Part shown: positions 22,907-33,727 of the stretch, in pieces
How positions within the stretch are numbered: position 1 is the stretch's first letter
Layout: the number at the start of each line of letters is the position of its first letter
NCBI RefSeq assembly: GCF_044704955.1
Contig: NC_091990.1
Coordinates: forward strand, 14,756,001-14,820,000
Direction: 5' to 3'
DNA length: 64,000 nt
Source: Pristiophorus japonicus
Lineage: Eukaryota
Notes under the pieces: generated by a model
The model's input: only the letters and a program-made list of their open reading frames with translations
The model's database searches: none
What the model was told of the DNA's origin: nothing
Made by a program: the position numbers and the translations under genes

Positions 22907-25020
22907 GTGATGAATAGTGCCATTGGGTGCCTGCAGCGTGGGATAGACCTGGGGAAGGGTATCAGGATCAGTGCCTTCACCCTCCTGAGGTCGCTGGCCT
23001 ATAACTTGTGGGAACACCTAGGGCAGGGCACCTTTACCCTCCTGAATTCATTGGCTTGCTACTTTTGGGGACACTCTGTTCCTGACATCTGGCAACATTT
23101 TGTTCTTTACATTCTTAATCGGTTTGTTACATTGATTGCCATGCATACAATGTCTCTTTAAGTTCAGTTGGTTGCAGGTCTCCTTTAAGAGAACCCTGCC
23201 ACGCCACTCTGTACCTCGCTGCAGCAGGAACGCCATCTTGCCTCTGTCCTCGAGGTCGACTGCCTTGATCCTTCTCTCCCACGATCCTGCCACAAAAGCT
23301 GGAAGAGTGCCTGTGAATTCGATCTTCCTCCCCAGGAGTCCTACCACTGGAGTCGGGAAGGTACTTTTAGGTCGTCGGATCATTGCCACGCAGTCATGAT
23401 GGACGGTCTGTGCCTCAGGTGCTGCGCTGGTCTGTTCTCTGGTGCCTGGCCCAAGCGAAGGTGAGGTTTTGCTCTGCCTCTGAGCATGGGAGACATCGAT
23501 TGCTGGAGTGAAGAGGTCTTCCCATTTTCACTGGATCTTCCCCATCCACCTCCTTCCGAGTAGCGTTGGACCATCACCTGCAACAATCCACAGAGATAAC
23601 TTGTGCACCGCACCATTATGGATTACACTTACATCCACACTACCAAGGGCTGGGATCAGCTCCTTGGTGAAGGTGCACAACTTTTCCTGTACTAGAACCA
23701 GCTCGGGTCGTTTTTCGTTCCATAGCCTCTCAAAGGCATCCTGGCTCATCACTGACTGGCTCGCTCCTGTGTCCACTTCCATGAAGACTGGAACGCGGTT
23801 TATCTCAACTTCCATCTTCACTGGAGGACAATCGGTGGTGCAGGTATACACTCCATACACTTCTTCTTGGGGCTGAGCTGCCTCTCTGGCCAAATCATCA
23901 TACTCCCCGCTGGATTCAAAGTCATCTACCGACTCCTCTGCTAGACGGTGAGTCATATTTCTTTTACACATACGCTGGAGGTGGCCCTTCATGTTACAGG
24001 CTTTGCATACATACTCAGCAAACCGACACTGGTGAGCCCTATGGTTTCCTCCGCAACGCCAGCATGGTGCTACTCGATTAGCACCCCTCAGCGGACTGTG
24101 AGTTCTGGAACCCTGAGGTCTGTTCTCTCTGCCCTAGGCAGAGCCACGTTCTACAGTCTTGCCTGTGAAATGCACCATTCTGTGCACAGTACTTGCCGGG
24201 TTTGAGTCCACAGGATGAATGATTTGCTTGGTGCTGCTGGTCAAGGTCATGTATGCCTGACTGATGCTGATGGCCTTCTGCAGGTTCTGTGGTGTCGGCA
24301 GATAATAGCTTGTGAAGGAGGCCCTTGTGGCCAATTCCCATAACGAAGATGTCTTGCAATGCTTCGTTGAGGTGCATGCCAAAATCACACGGTGCCGCAA
24401 GTTTCCTGAGGTCAGCAACATATTTTGCAATCATCTGGCCCTCAGGTCTGCGGTGAGTGTAGAATCTGTACCTGGCCGTGAGGATGCTCTCTTTTGGTTT
24501 AAGTTGGTCGCGAATTTGTTTAGTCAGCTCATCGTATGTCTTATTCTTGGCTTTCGTGGGTGCCAGCAAGTCCCTGACGAGGCGGTAGACCTCGGGCCCA
24601 TAACTGGTCAGCAGTATAGCCTTGCGCTTCTCCACCAATGTGTCCGTCTCCCCTGCCAGGTTATTTGCCACGAAATATAGCTCGAGCCTTTCCGTGAAGG
24701 CATCCGAATCATCACCCTCTGCAAAGTCTTTTAGTGTGCCAAAGGTAGTCATAATATCGCGTGAAAGTCCTTATTCTCGTCGCCAGTTATTGGTCTGTAG
24801 TGTGCTTATGAATGACTCCACGAGGCAATGAGTTGTACTCAAACTGTAGTGACCTTGGTCCTTTATTCCTAACTCCAGAGTGGGGCACAAGCATAGTGGG
24901 CAGCCTTTTATACAGTCCCTGCCACCAGGGCAGGAAACCCTGGTCGCCACCAGTTGCGCCTTCTAGTGGTGCCAGCATGTATCTACACAGAGAGTACATC
25001 TATAGTTTGCATACACAACA
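22907..25020 (-). mobile_element. Truncated Gypsy-related LTR element: 5' LTR (~24791-25020), PBS, gag, protease, non-RT extension
   Basis: PBS TGGCGACGAG (24776-24785); gag 24752-24078 homologous to the 18507 gag; CCHC knuckle; protease VDTGASQS (23528-23992); no RT/IN and no 3' LTR found. Confidence 0.88.
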
Positions 25021-25215
25021 GTACTATTCTATGATAAGCTGACATGCAAGGAAACCTATCATCATGCAAGAAGTCTCCAAACCTAACTGCTGAGAAATCC
25101 ACTTGAGTCTCTACAAAAGGAAAAATACTGTGCGTGCTGGAAATGTGAAATAAAAGCAGAAAATGCTGGAAACATTTAGCAGGTCAGGTAGCATCTGTGG
25201 TGAGATGAAGGTAGG

Positions 25216-25251
25216 GTTAATGTTTCAGGTCTATGACCCTTCATCAGAACT
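25216..25251 (-). ncRNA. Minimal type I hammerhead ribozyme motif (Penelope-type), probably inactivated
   Basis: AGUU-CUGAUGA-AGGGUC-AUA-GACCU-GAAAC-AUU-AAC: intact CUGAUGA and GAAA cores, stem II GGGUC/GACCU, stem I GUU/AAC; stem III G changed to A. Confidence 0.6.
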
Positions 25252-25570
25252 GAAAGATGTTACAAATGAACTGCTCATAAGAATGATCTATGATTAGATG
25301 GAGGTTAGGAGATGATTCAATGACAGAAGTGATAATAGTGTAAAACAGAAAGAGGAAATAATGGGAGAAATTCGAGAAATAAAAGATATATCCAAGACCC
25401 CAATTATTATTTTCACATTATTTTATCCTTTTTTTTCTTACACTATTATCACTTCTGTCCTTGAATCATCTCCTGTCCTCCACCTAATCACAGATTTAAA
25501 AAATCCTTCTCTTCACCGCTCTTCCCTGGCTCTGTTCCTCTTTACAAACTATTCATCTGTAACATCTTCC

Positions 25571-25606
25571 AGTTCTGACAAAAGGGCATAGACCTGAAAC
25601 GTTAAC
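25571..25606 (+). ncRNA. Second minimal hammerhead motif (core mutated)
   Basis: AGUU-CUGACAA-AAGGGC-AUA-GACCU-GAAACGUU-AAC; retains the palindromic AACGUU stem III but CUGANGA core is altered. Confidence 0.5.
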
Positions 25607-25630
25607 CCTATCTTCCTCTCTCCACAGATC

Positions 25631-25760
25631 ATTATCATAGGCAGTCCTTCGGAATCGAGGAAGACTTGCTTCCACTCCTGAAGTGAGTTCTTTGGTGGCT
25701 GAACAGTCCAATACGAGAGTCACAGACTTTGTCACAGATGGGACAGATAGTCGTTGAATT
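25631..25760 (-). mobile_element. RTE LINE extreme 3' fragment
   Basis: CPICDKVCDSRIGLFSHQRTH and 3' UTR matching 18756-18890. Confidence 0.85.
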
Positions 25761-26393
25761 GAGATAGTCATCTCCATAGATGATGCCTAATCTGCTGCAT
25801 TTTCCGGTTTTATTCCACTTGAGTTCTGTTTGCCAGATATGGAGAGCGCAGTCTCTCTGATGAGTACATATCCTTGTCACCTAAACCCAGAGAGTTTGGA
25901 AAAAAAACTAAGCCTTATGGGTCCCCAAGTGTGCATTGAGGTACTGCTCGAGTTTAGAAAACAAAATGCATGCTGCTAAAACCAATAATAAGGATCCTCA
26001 GAAGAGTACATGGCCTGGAGAGATCTAAAGTGAATTTAAAAAACAGTAACATTAATTTAAAATGAGAAGGGTACAATTTCATCCTATGCCACAATGCCTC
26101 CATTGCCCCTTGCTCTATGATTTTATTTCTCCCGCTCTTAAACTTTCCTCCCAAGCCACGCAACTTTGCCTATTAGAAGCAAATCAATTACATTTTTCAA
26201 AATAATTAAAAGTTGAGAGATCAAAGCTACAAGTTATAAATTTACCGAAGCCTAACTTCAGTTTAACACGAGCATACAAGTAGAAGAACTGTGCAACATT
26301 TAAACTATGTACTATATTATTACTCAGCTACAATGTCACTAACTTGTTGCATACTACTTAAAAGGCAACTAAGAACACAACATTATTTATCAT

Positions 26394-26814
26394 GGGCCGC
26401 CCCGACCTGTGAGAGAACACCACCGCAGGTCAGGGCTATAAATAGAGCTGGAGCACCAGGCCCTGGAACATCGTGGGTGGAGGTGCGGTGAATGAGGGTA
26501 CGGGACCCAGAAGAGCCGAGGGCCCAGGGGCAGCAGGGACCTGCCCACACTGCGATATGTGTGCGCAGTAGGTCCGTGCAGCAGAGCAGGTCTCTAGTCA
26601 TCCTGATTAATCCTTGCCACTGGATAAAGGCCTAGCTCTGTCAAGCCCGTGTGGTGGCTGATGTGCAACGGTCACCACATGTTAAAAAAATCCACACACA
26701 GGCATCTTCCACCCCCTCAACTGGAGTTCAGGACTGGAACATCAGGTCCTTCATTGAAACATCTGTGAATTCTTGTGGAAGCAAGTCATCCTCGTTCGAG
26801 GGATCGCCTATGAT
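26394..26814 (+). mobile_element. Non-coding short element sharing the RTE 3' end (RTE-dependent SINE-like)
   Basis: Ends GGAAGCAAGTCATCCTCGTTCGAGGGATCGCCTATGAT, homologous to the RTE tail GGAAGCAAGTCTTCCTCGATTCCGAAGGACTGCCTATGAT; body is unrelated to RTE ORF2. 5' boundary ~. Confidence 0.6.
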
Positions 26815-27084
26815 TTATATGTATTCGAGAGCTTTACAAGAATTCATTACAATGGATCACACATTGCTTTGCTGTTTTTCAAACCATTGCAGTGCGTGCT
26901 TCAGGGTTCTATGTGCAATGATTTGGTTCACTATCTGCTGAACTCTTACTTGATAGCATAAAATTGCCCATCATTTGGTTCTACTTTTGCAATGAATGCC
27001 CTGCAGATGGATAGTAGGGGAATAGTAGGGGGCACTGTTCGAGAGAGGGCTTACACCGACGAGAGGCCACAGACTGCCGGCCTG

Positions 27085-27650
27085 AGAGTGCTGTGAGGGT
27101 GGGGGAAGAGAGATCGCTGTGGGGCGGCCTGAGATCGCTGTGAGGGTGGTGGAAGAGAGATTGCTGTGGGGCGGCCTGAGATCGCTGTGAGAGTGGGGGT
27201 TCGTTGTGTGGTGGTCTGAGATCGCTGTGAGAGTGGGGGGATCGTTGTGTGGTGGCCTGAGATCGCTGTGGGGAGGGGGGAGAGATCACTGTGTGGTGGC
27301 CTGAAATCGCTGTGAGAGTGGGGGATCGTTGTGTGGTGGCCTGAGATCGCTGTGGGGAGGGGGGGAGAGATCGCTGTGGGGCGGAAGAGACTGGGGGAGG
27401 GGGTGAGAGAGACTGGGGGGTGGGAGAGAGACTGGGGGGGGGGCACTGAGAGAGACTGGGAGGTGAGGGAGACTGGGGGGTGAGAGAGAGACTGGGGGGG
27501 GCACTGAGAGAGACTGGGAGGTGAGAGAGACTGGGGGGTGAGAGAGAGAGACTGGGGGGGCGGTGAGAGAGAGACTGGGGGGCGGTGAGAGAGACTGGGA
27601 GGGTGAGAGAGACTGGGGGGGTGAGAGAGACTGTGGGGTGGGAGAGACTA
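27085..27650. repeat. Two abutting G-rich minisatellites (GGCCTGAGATCGCTGTG...-type, then GAGAGAGACTGGGGGG-type)
   Basis: Tandem units seen directly; produce the Pro/Ser-rich minus-strand ORFs. Confidence 0.92.
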
Positions 27651-28439
27651 ATAAAATTTTTATTATAGTTCATGAATAAAGGAGTAAGTAAGGCTTTATT
27701 AAACCATTTATATTATTGCCTAACAATAGAAGATATTACAATCCATTTAAAAATACATCAAACTGTGGCGAACTATAAAGATCTGTGTAATGTCAAACAA
27801 ACCTGTCAGCTCTGTGTACATACTGCCCACTTAAGATCCACTTACAAGCACCTTCTCCAGGATGGTATGCATTTCCGGCGGTATGTCATGAATTTTGAAT
27901 TTTTGGGCGGTATGTTGGCGGGCAGTGTACATACCGCCTGGCGGTATGTCACTGATGAATTTTCCGCCGGGCGGTATGTAGGTGTTTTTTTCACCAAAAT
28001 TGCATTTTTGGGTGGTAAGCGGGCGGTAGGTCATTGAATTTTGGGTTCTTAAAGTTTTGGAAGGCATCTGAAGCTTTTAAGAAGATCCATGCAATTAATT
28101 GGAATGTAGCTAGCTAAACTGAAAATTGGCAAGGAAATGGGAAACAATCTGTGATGATAGATGGACATGCTTTATCTGGGGCAGTGGGAGAGGGGTTAAT
28201 ACTGAAGTTATAAGAAAAATTTAAAAAGAACAGATTAAATGAGTCAGCCTATTGCAGCTAGTACATTAACTCACCCAGCATGGCATTTAATTGTACTTTG
28301 AATAACCCAATTTTCTTCTCTGCTATATTGAAAAATAATGTGCTGGAGGGTACTTTTAGAAATATTACTATATTTGCTGATGGTGCAAGGCTTATGGCCA
28401 GATGAATAGCATTGGAAAGATTAAAAAATATGTTTTTGT

Positions 28440-28986
28440 TCATTCACGGGATACAGGTGTCGCTGGCAAGGCCAGCATTTATTGTCCATCCCTCGTTGCC
28501 CTTGAGAAAGTGGTGGTGAGTCAGCTTCTTGAACTGCTGCAGTCCGTGTGGTGAAGTTATTCCCACAGTGCTGTTAGGTCAGGAGTTCCAGGATTTTGAC
28601 CCAGTGATGGTGAAGGAATGGCAATACATGTCCAAGTCAGGATGGCTTGGAGAGGAACGTGCAGGTGATGATGTTCCCATGCGACTGTTGCCCTAGTCCT
28701 TCTAGGTGGTAGAGATCGTGGGTCTTGGAGATGCTGTCGAAGAAGCCTTGGTGAGTTGCTGCAGTGCAGCTTGTACGTGGTACACATTGCAGCCACAGTG
28801 TGCCGGTGGTGGAGGAAGTAAATGGTTAAGGTGGTGGATGGGGTGCCAATCAAGCGGACTGTTTTGTCTTAGATGGTATTGAGCTTCTTGATTGTTGTTG
28901 GAACTGCACCCATCCAGGTAACTGAAGAGTATTCCATCACACCCCTGACTTGCGCCTTGTAGGTGGTAGAAAGGCTTTGAGAAGTC
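28440..28986 (-). mobile_element. CR1-group LINE 3' part; 5' part continues at ~35601-36730
   Basis: YKAQVRGVMEYSSVTWM...IKKLNTI; upstream RT motifs (ALDNKAAFDRV) at 35955-36161. Confidence 0.75.
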
Positions 28987-31129
28987 AGAGGCTGCAATTT
29001 CATCAACAGTGGCGAGACCGGTGCAGCTGGCATTGGTGGTATGTGCGGAACGTGCTCCAGGCTCCATTTTGCCCTCTCAACACAATCTTCCATTGATGGG
29101 GCTTGTTAAGCCCGCTCTGCGAGGTTCCCGGCCAATTAACAGGAAGCGGGTCTGATGACATCATCTGATGACATGTCATCAGCCTGTTTTCTTAAAGGGA
29201 CCATGGCCAGCTTTCTTTTGACAGATGTTCTGTCAGTGTTCTACAGCATTGAGGTGCTGCAAACACTGACAAGCACTGCACAAAGGTGCACGGCTGCACG
29301 CAGGCTCTCCCATGTCTCCCTCCAGATGCGCAGCGAATATGGAGGGAGTCAAAGCACAGAGGGAAGGGTTCTCTTCCCTTCCAATGGACGGAAGAGATCT
29401 CCCCAGGACACCAACACAGCCTGGTTGCACAGGAGGGCACAAGCAGGGATGTTGTCAGAAGGACCTGGCTGCAGTGGCGCAAACCTTTCAATGTTCTCAG
29501 TATATCACAAAACGTTACTGTAAAGCCACACTCACCCTCATCCTGCTGTGCCACTCATCACATCCCCATCACTCTGTCTTCCCTACCCTACTCCTGCACA
29601 TCCTTACGTACACCAATTGACCTTGCACTTCCACCCACCCCTCTCTCTATCTACATTATCACTTCCCCATCTCACTAGCCATCCCTCATACTCATCTTTG
29701 TCCAATCATACCAACTAACGCACTTGGGTGTTTTACCCAATGTTCATGTAGAGTTTCTGCTAATGTGTTGTCAAACGCTGAAATCTTTATTTTGCACACT
29801 TGCGGCTCGACTTTCCATCAGGGTCTATATTTCCGGCGTTCATGATATTATTTTTTGGGATCGCCGGAATATCGCCCATTTTAAAAACCGCTAGTTTCGA
29901 TTTTTTAATTTGGGCGTTAGCCGTAGCAATGTGAAATGGCCGTTAGCGATTTATTCCGTCATGCAAGGCCGGCGTCCATAGCAATGGCCGTTCTGCGCAT
30001 GCATGTTTTTTTTAGGTGATTAACTTTTCCCGCGATTCGGGAGGTCATGGGGTCATCTACACATGCGCAGGAGAGAGAGAGAGAGTTGAGTGTGGTTGTG
30101 GTTGTAAAGCTGGTTCTGTGGATTGGAAATTAAATAATTGATTTTTGCCGGAAAATAACTGAAAATAATTATAAAGAAATAATGGACCACATAGAGGAGG
30201 TGTTAAGTGATGTCGTAGAGCTGGAGGAGGTGGTTGAAGGGAGTGATATGGGTGAGGCGGGAGAGGAGATGGGTGGCAGAAGGTGTGCCAAGCGTTTTTC
30301 CGAGGAAGTCAATGCTGCCCTCGTCCACAAGGTAGAAACTCGTTGGGCCCAATTGATCCGGAGTGGTCATGGGAAACCACCCACCAGTGTTTATCAGTGA
30401 ATATGGGCGGTGATCACCGAAGTGGTCTCGTCGGTGGCAAATGATGTCCGTGAGCCGAACTAGTGCCGTAGGCGCTGGAACAACCTTGTTGGTTCCGGTA
30501 GAGTAAGTATTAAATTTATAAATTGTAATGATGCAATGACTCATTAATTCAAATGTAGATCTGCTGGATTGTAATTTGGCTGGTAATCTTGGTGTCCTGC
30601 GTTAGTTCCTAACCTCGATCTTATTAAATTTATTCTCAGACCGTAGATATAACCATGCATTCAATTGCATACAAAGTGTATTAGCATATAACGTTAACAA
30701 TGAATAGCAAGGCGATGACTAATTGTGGATTATCTGTGTGTTGTGTAATAGTATCTATTAATATCTGTAATATCTGTAATAGTACCTAGGCAATGAGCTT
30801 ATGCCATGCTCTTGCTACCTTTGCCGAGGAAACTGTCAAAAAACCGGGCCGAGCAGAGGCGGATTGGAGGAGGACCGGCAGATCTGTGCCAACTCAATGA
30901 CCTTGAGGAGCGGGCGTTGGCATATTGGGGGTCCACAATCGTTCGGCCACCCGTGGTGGTGCTGAACCTGTTCTTGTGCCACGTGAGTAATGTATAAATC
31001 ATTGATTTAAAGTAATTTAATGCCATTTCAGTACAATATATGATTGATGTAATGTTATGTGATTAACGATGGGATCATGAAATATCATTGTAATGCAATG
31101 CAGATTCTATACTATCATGATGTTAATTA

Positions 31130-32458
31130 CACTAAACTCTCGTTTATCCGGATTGTTTGGGGATTCGGCAACTCCGGGTAAACAAATTTTCCAATAGAGT
31201 GAGTTTACATTTTCAAGTTAATAGTTGAAGGTGATAGAACCATCCACAAAATATTTTATATATCGTATCGTATAGATCTTGATCGGCTCTTTCCAATGAG
31301 CTATTCAGATTGAAAATCGATTCATAACTTTTCAAAATATAAAACAAATAATTGACAAGTGCTAAACTTATACAGTTGAATAAATAAAACGAAGATTTAG
31401 TTCATGTTATTTGAACGTGAACATAATAAAATAAATGAAAATTGATTCATAACTTTTCAAAATTAAAAATAAATGTCAAATAAATGAAACAAAATATTTA
31501 GTTCATGTTATTTTATTAAAGATTGTTAACCTCTCCTTATTCATTTTAAAGCCTACAGCTTCCTTCTCCCCTGTTGCAGCCAATATAGCAGTTGGCAAAC
31601 ACTTCCAAAGTAAGCCAGTTTCATTAGCGTTGTATATTTGATCTGCAGTCAATTTCTTTTCCTGCACCATTTCAGCAAATGTTCTTGAATAATTCTGTGC
31701 GGTCTCATTGTCTGCTGATTTTTTTTCGCCCGTCACATCTAGTTGGCGAATGCCGTGGTGATGCTTAAAACGTGTGAGCCAGCCTTCTGAAAAAATGCAC
31801 TCTTCAGTTAAATTCATTTTCATCTTGAAGTCCTTGGTCTTTGCTGTAATCATTGGCCCTGAAATTGTCACACCCTCAGACTGTTTCAAAGAAAACCATT
31901 CATAAAGCACTTGGTCTAGTTTGTCAAGCTTCTGCTTTCGCAAATTCTTGCGGGATATTGCCTTCACGGAAGATTCAGAAGCAGCGGTGAAACTTTCTAA
32001 ATCTTTCTTTTTCTTCTTGATATCATAAATTGTTGATGATCCAACTTCATATTTGTCCATCAAAGTACGCACACTTCTGCCAGCTTCAGACTGGTTTATA
32101 ATTTCTAATTTCTGTTGAATGTTCGGTACTTTTTGTTTCCTAATGTTGCATTTGCTTTTAGTGCTGTCAGAAGGCATTTTAAATTGTTTGATTTCAGGGT
32201 GTTTTGAACAAGTACACTCGATAGACTGATGCGTTGCAATGAACTGCTTTCAATGTGTCCGACAGTTAAAAAGTGAGCAAGAAGTCCATGCCTGCGTCAA
32301 TTTATGTACAATTGAGCAACCTGTCAACGTTTGCGATAGTTGAAGTGAGCAAGATATTCACGTGTGTGACAGTTAAATTGCCGAATCTCACAATATTTAA
32401 AATTCCGTTACGGCGGGTTTTCCGTTACATTCGTATCCGGGAAAACAAGAGTTTACTG
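31130..32458 (-). mobile_element. Tigger/pogo (Tc1-mariner) element, internally deleted, in intron 2 of the Myb gene
   Basis: TIRs CACTAAACTCTCGTTTATCCGGA / TCCGGGAAAACAAGAGTTTACTG; TA on both sides (31128-31129, 32459-32460). Confidence 0.93.
31503..32177 (-). CDS. Truncated Tigger/pogo transposase (psq-type HTH + CENP-B-type HTH, start of DDE), 224 aa
   Basis: QKLEII...YEVGSSTIYDIKK, LDQVLYEWF...ISGPMI, FSEGWLTRFKHHHGI, QIYNANETGLLW; ends at KERLT. Confidence 0.85.
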   Translation of the reverse strand: MPSDSTKSKCNIRKQKVPNIQQKLEIINQSEAGRSVRTLMDKYEVGSSTIYDIKKKKKDLESFTAASESSVKAISRKNLRKQKLDKLDQVLYEWFSLKQSEGVTISGPMITAKTKDFKMKMNLTEECIFSEGWLTRFKHHHGIRQLDVTGEKKSADNETAQNYSRTFAEMVQEKKLTADQIYNANETGLLWKCLPTAILAATGEKEAVGFKMNKERLTIFNKIT

Positions 32459-33727
32459 TATATGTGACATCTGTCAGTGATATTTACACCAGTAGTGTTG
32501 CTCCTCATACATATGCCTGCGTAGCGTAAGCATTCTCATGTCACCCTGGCACCTCCTTCTCTTCTACTAACCTCATTTATGTTTTCTAGGTCTGCAGGCT
32601 TCGCAGGCTCCCCAGGCTGTATCTGGAGGTGATGAGGCAAGAGCCTCTCCTCTACTAGTGCAAGTCCTCTTGTCCACCGAGGACAGCGAGGAGATGGAAG
32701 AAGAGCCTGCAGCAGGTTCTTCAAATGTTCCTGCAGCCACGTCCTCGTCCACCGAGGAAGCATCGGGGCCAAGCTCTTTGCAGGAGGGCACCCCGAGTAG
32801 TTCAATGCCTACGCCGACCCTGCGGAGGTTGATTCAACGAGGTGGGATTGCTCCAAGACCAGCAGATGTCAGCCTGGACATGGTGTAACTGTCTCGGACG
32901 AGCATCGACATTGGTCGAGAGTTCCTCCAGGCAATGGGCGGGTTAACTGGGCACGTTGCCGCTCTGACCGCAATAGTCTCGGAGGACATGCCACGGATGG
33001 TTGCGGCAATGGAGAGAATAGTTGATTCCATGGATGCCAGACGGCAGGCTGTGGTCTCGGAATACGGCACTGCACCCCAAGGTGCTGTACCGCCATTGCT
33101 GATGGATGCAAGTCAGGAAGAAGTAGTTGCTTCTGACTCGGAGGACGTTTCTTTGCAAACATCCTCTCCAGCTTCTCAAGCCTCATCTTTGACTCTGCCA
33201 CCGTCAGCCCCCATACAGCAGTAGTGCTCGAAGTGCCCTGCTACAAGACAGCTTGGTGTGGGTAGAAGGGTGGGTGTAAGTGGGAGAGGAGGGGGTTCAG
33301 ACCAGGGAGGGTAAAGGCAAGGCGAGGTCGTAAGCAGGGGAGGGGCGGGGGGGGGGGACTGTATTTTTTGGGTATTTTTGTATTATTGTTATTAATAAAT
33401 TTGTTGACGGGTGGGTGGGGGGAGTGTTATATTTATAATTGTTTTTGAAAGTTTGTTGTTGTTGTTATACTGTTATATATAATGCTGTTGTTAATTTAAA
33501 CATTTTCACTGTTGGGATGGGGGTGGGGGGTAGATGGGTGTTTATTGTTAAAAAAAATTCTTTAAAACTTTTGTAATCATTAAATATGTTTTATTTAACT
33601 TAACATTGTTGTGCAGTGTCTTCCAATAACAGAAACGTTAAACATCAATACAAAGTTTGCAAACAATGGCGAGGCCAGACCAGGCAAGGATGAAACGTAA
33701 CATAACGCAACTGTCACCAACATAACT

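Larger units (their letters stand above)
25120..25820. mobile_element. Penelope-derived fold-back element (two inverted arms), right arm interrupted by an RTE tail
   Basis: 25292-25342 is an imperfect reverse complement of 25439-25490; 25195-25262 mirrors 25558-25628; 25780-25815 mirrors ~25138-25196. Hammerhead-like motif in each arm. Confidence 0.7.
30182..33315 (+). pseudogene. Myb/SANT (MADF-like) partner gene of Harbinger 2; exons 30182-30502, ~30827-30982, 32590-~33315
   Basis: RRCAKRFSEEVNAALVHKVETRW...CRRRWNNLVGSGR|gtaagt; RKLSKNRAEQRRIGGGPADL; gtgagt donor and tttctag acceptor; nonsense codons (e.g. 30398-30400). Confidence 0.82.

Noticed and set aside
26981-27673. 230-aa Pro/Ser-rich ORF
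   Set aside because: Explained by stop-free G-rich minisatellites; no splice or homology evidence.
31503-32177. Host TIGD/JRK/CENPB gene
   Set aside because: Enclosed by TIRs with TA duplication and truncated within the DDE domain.
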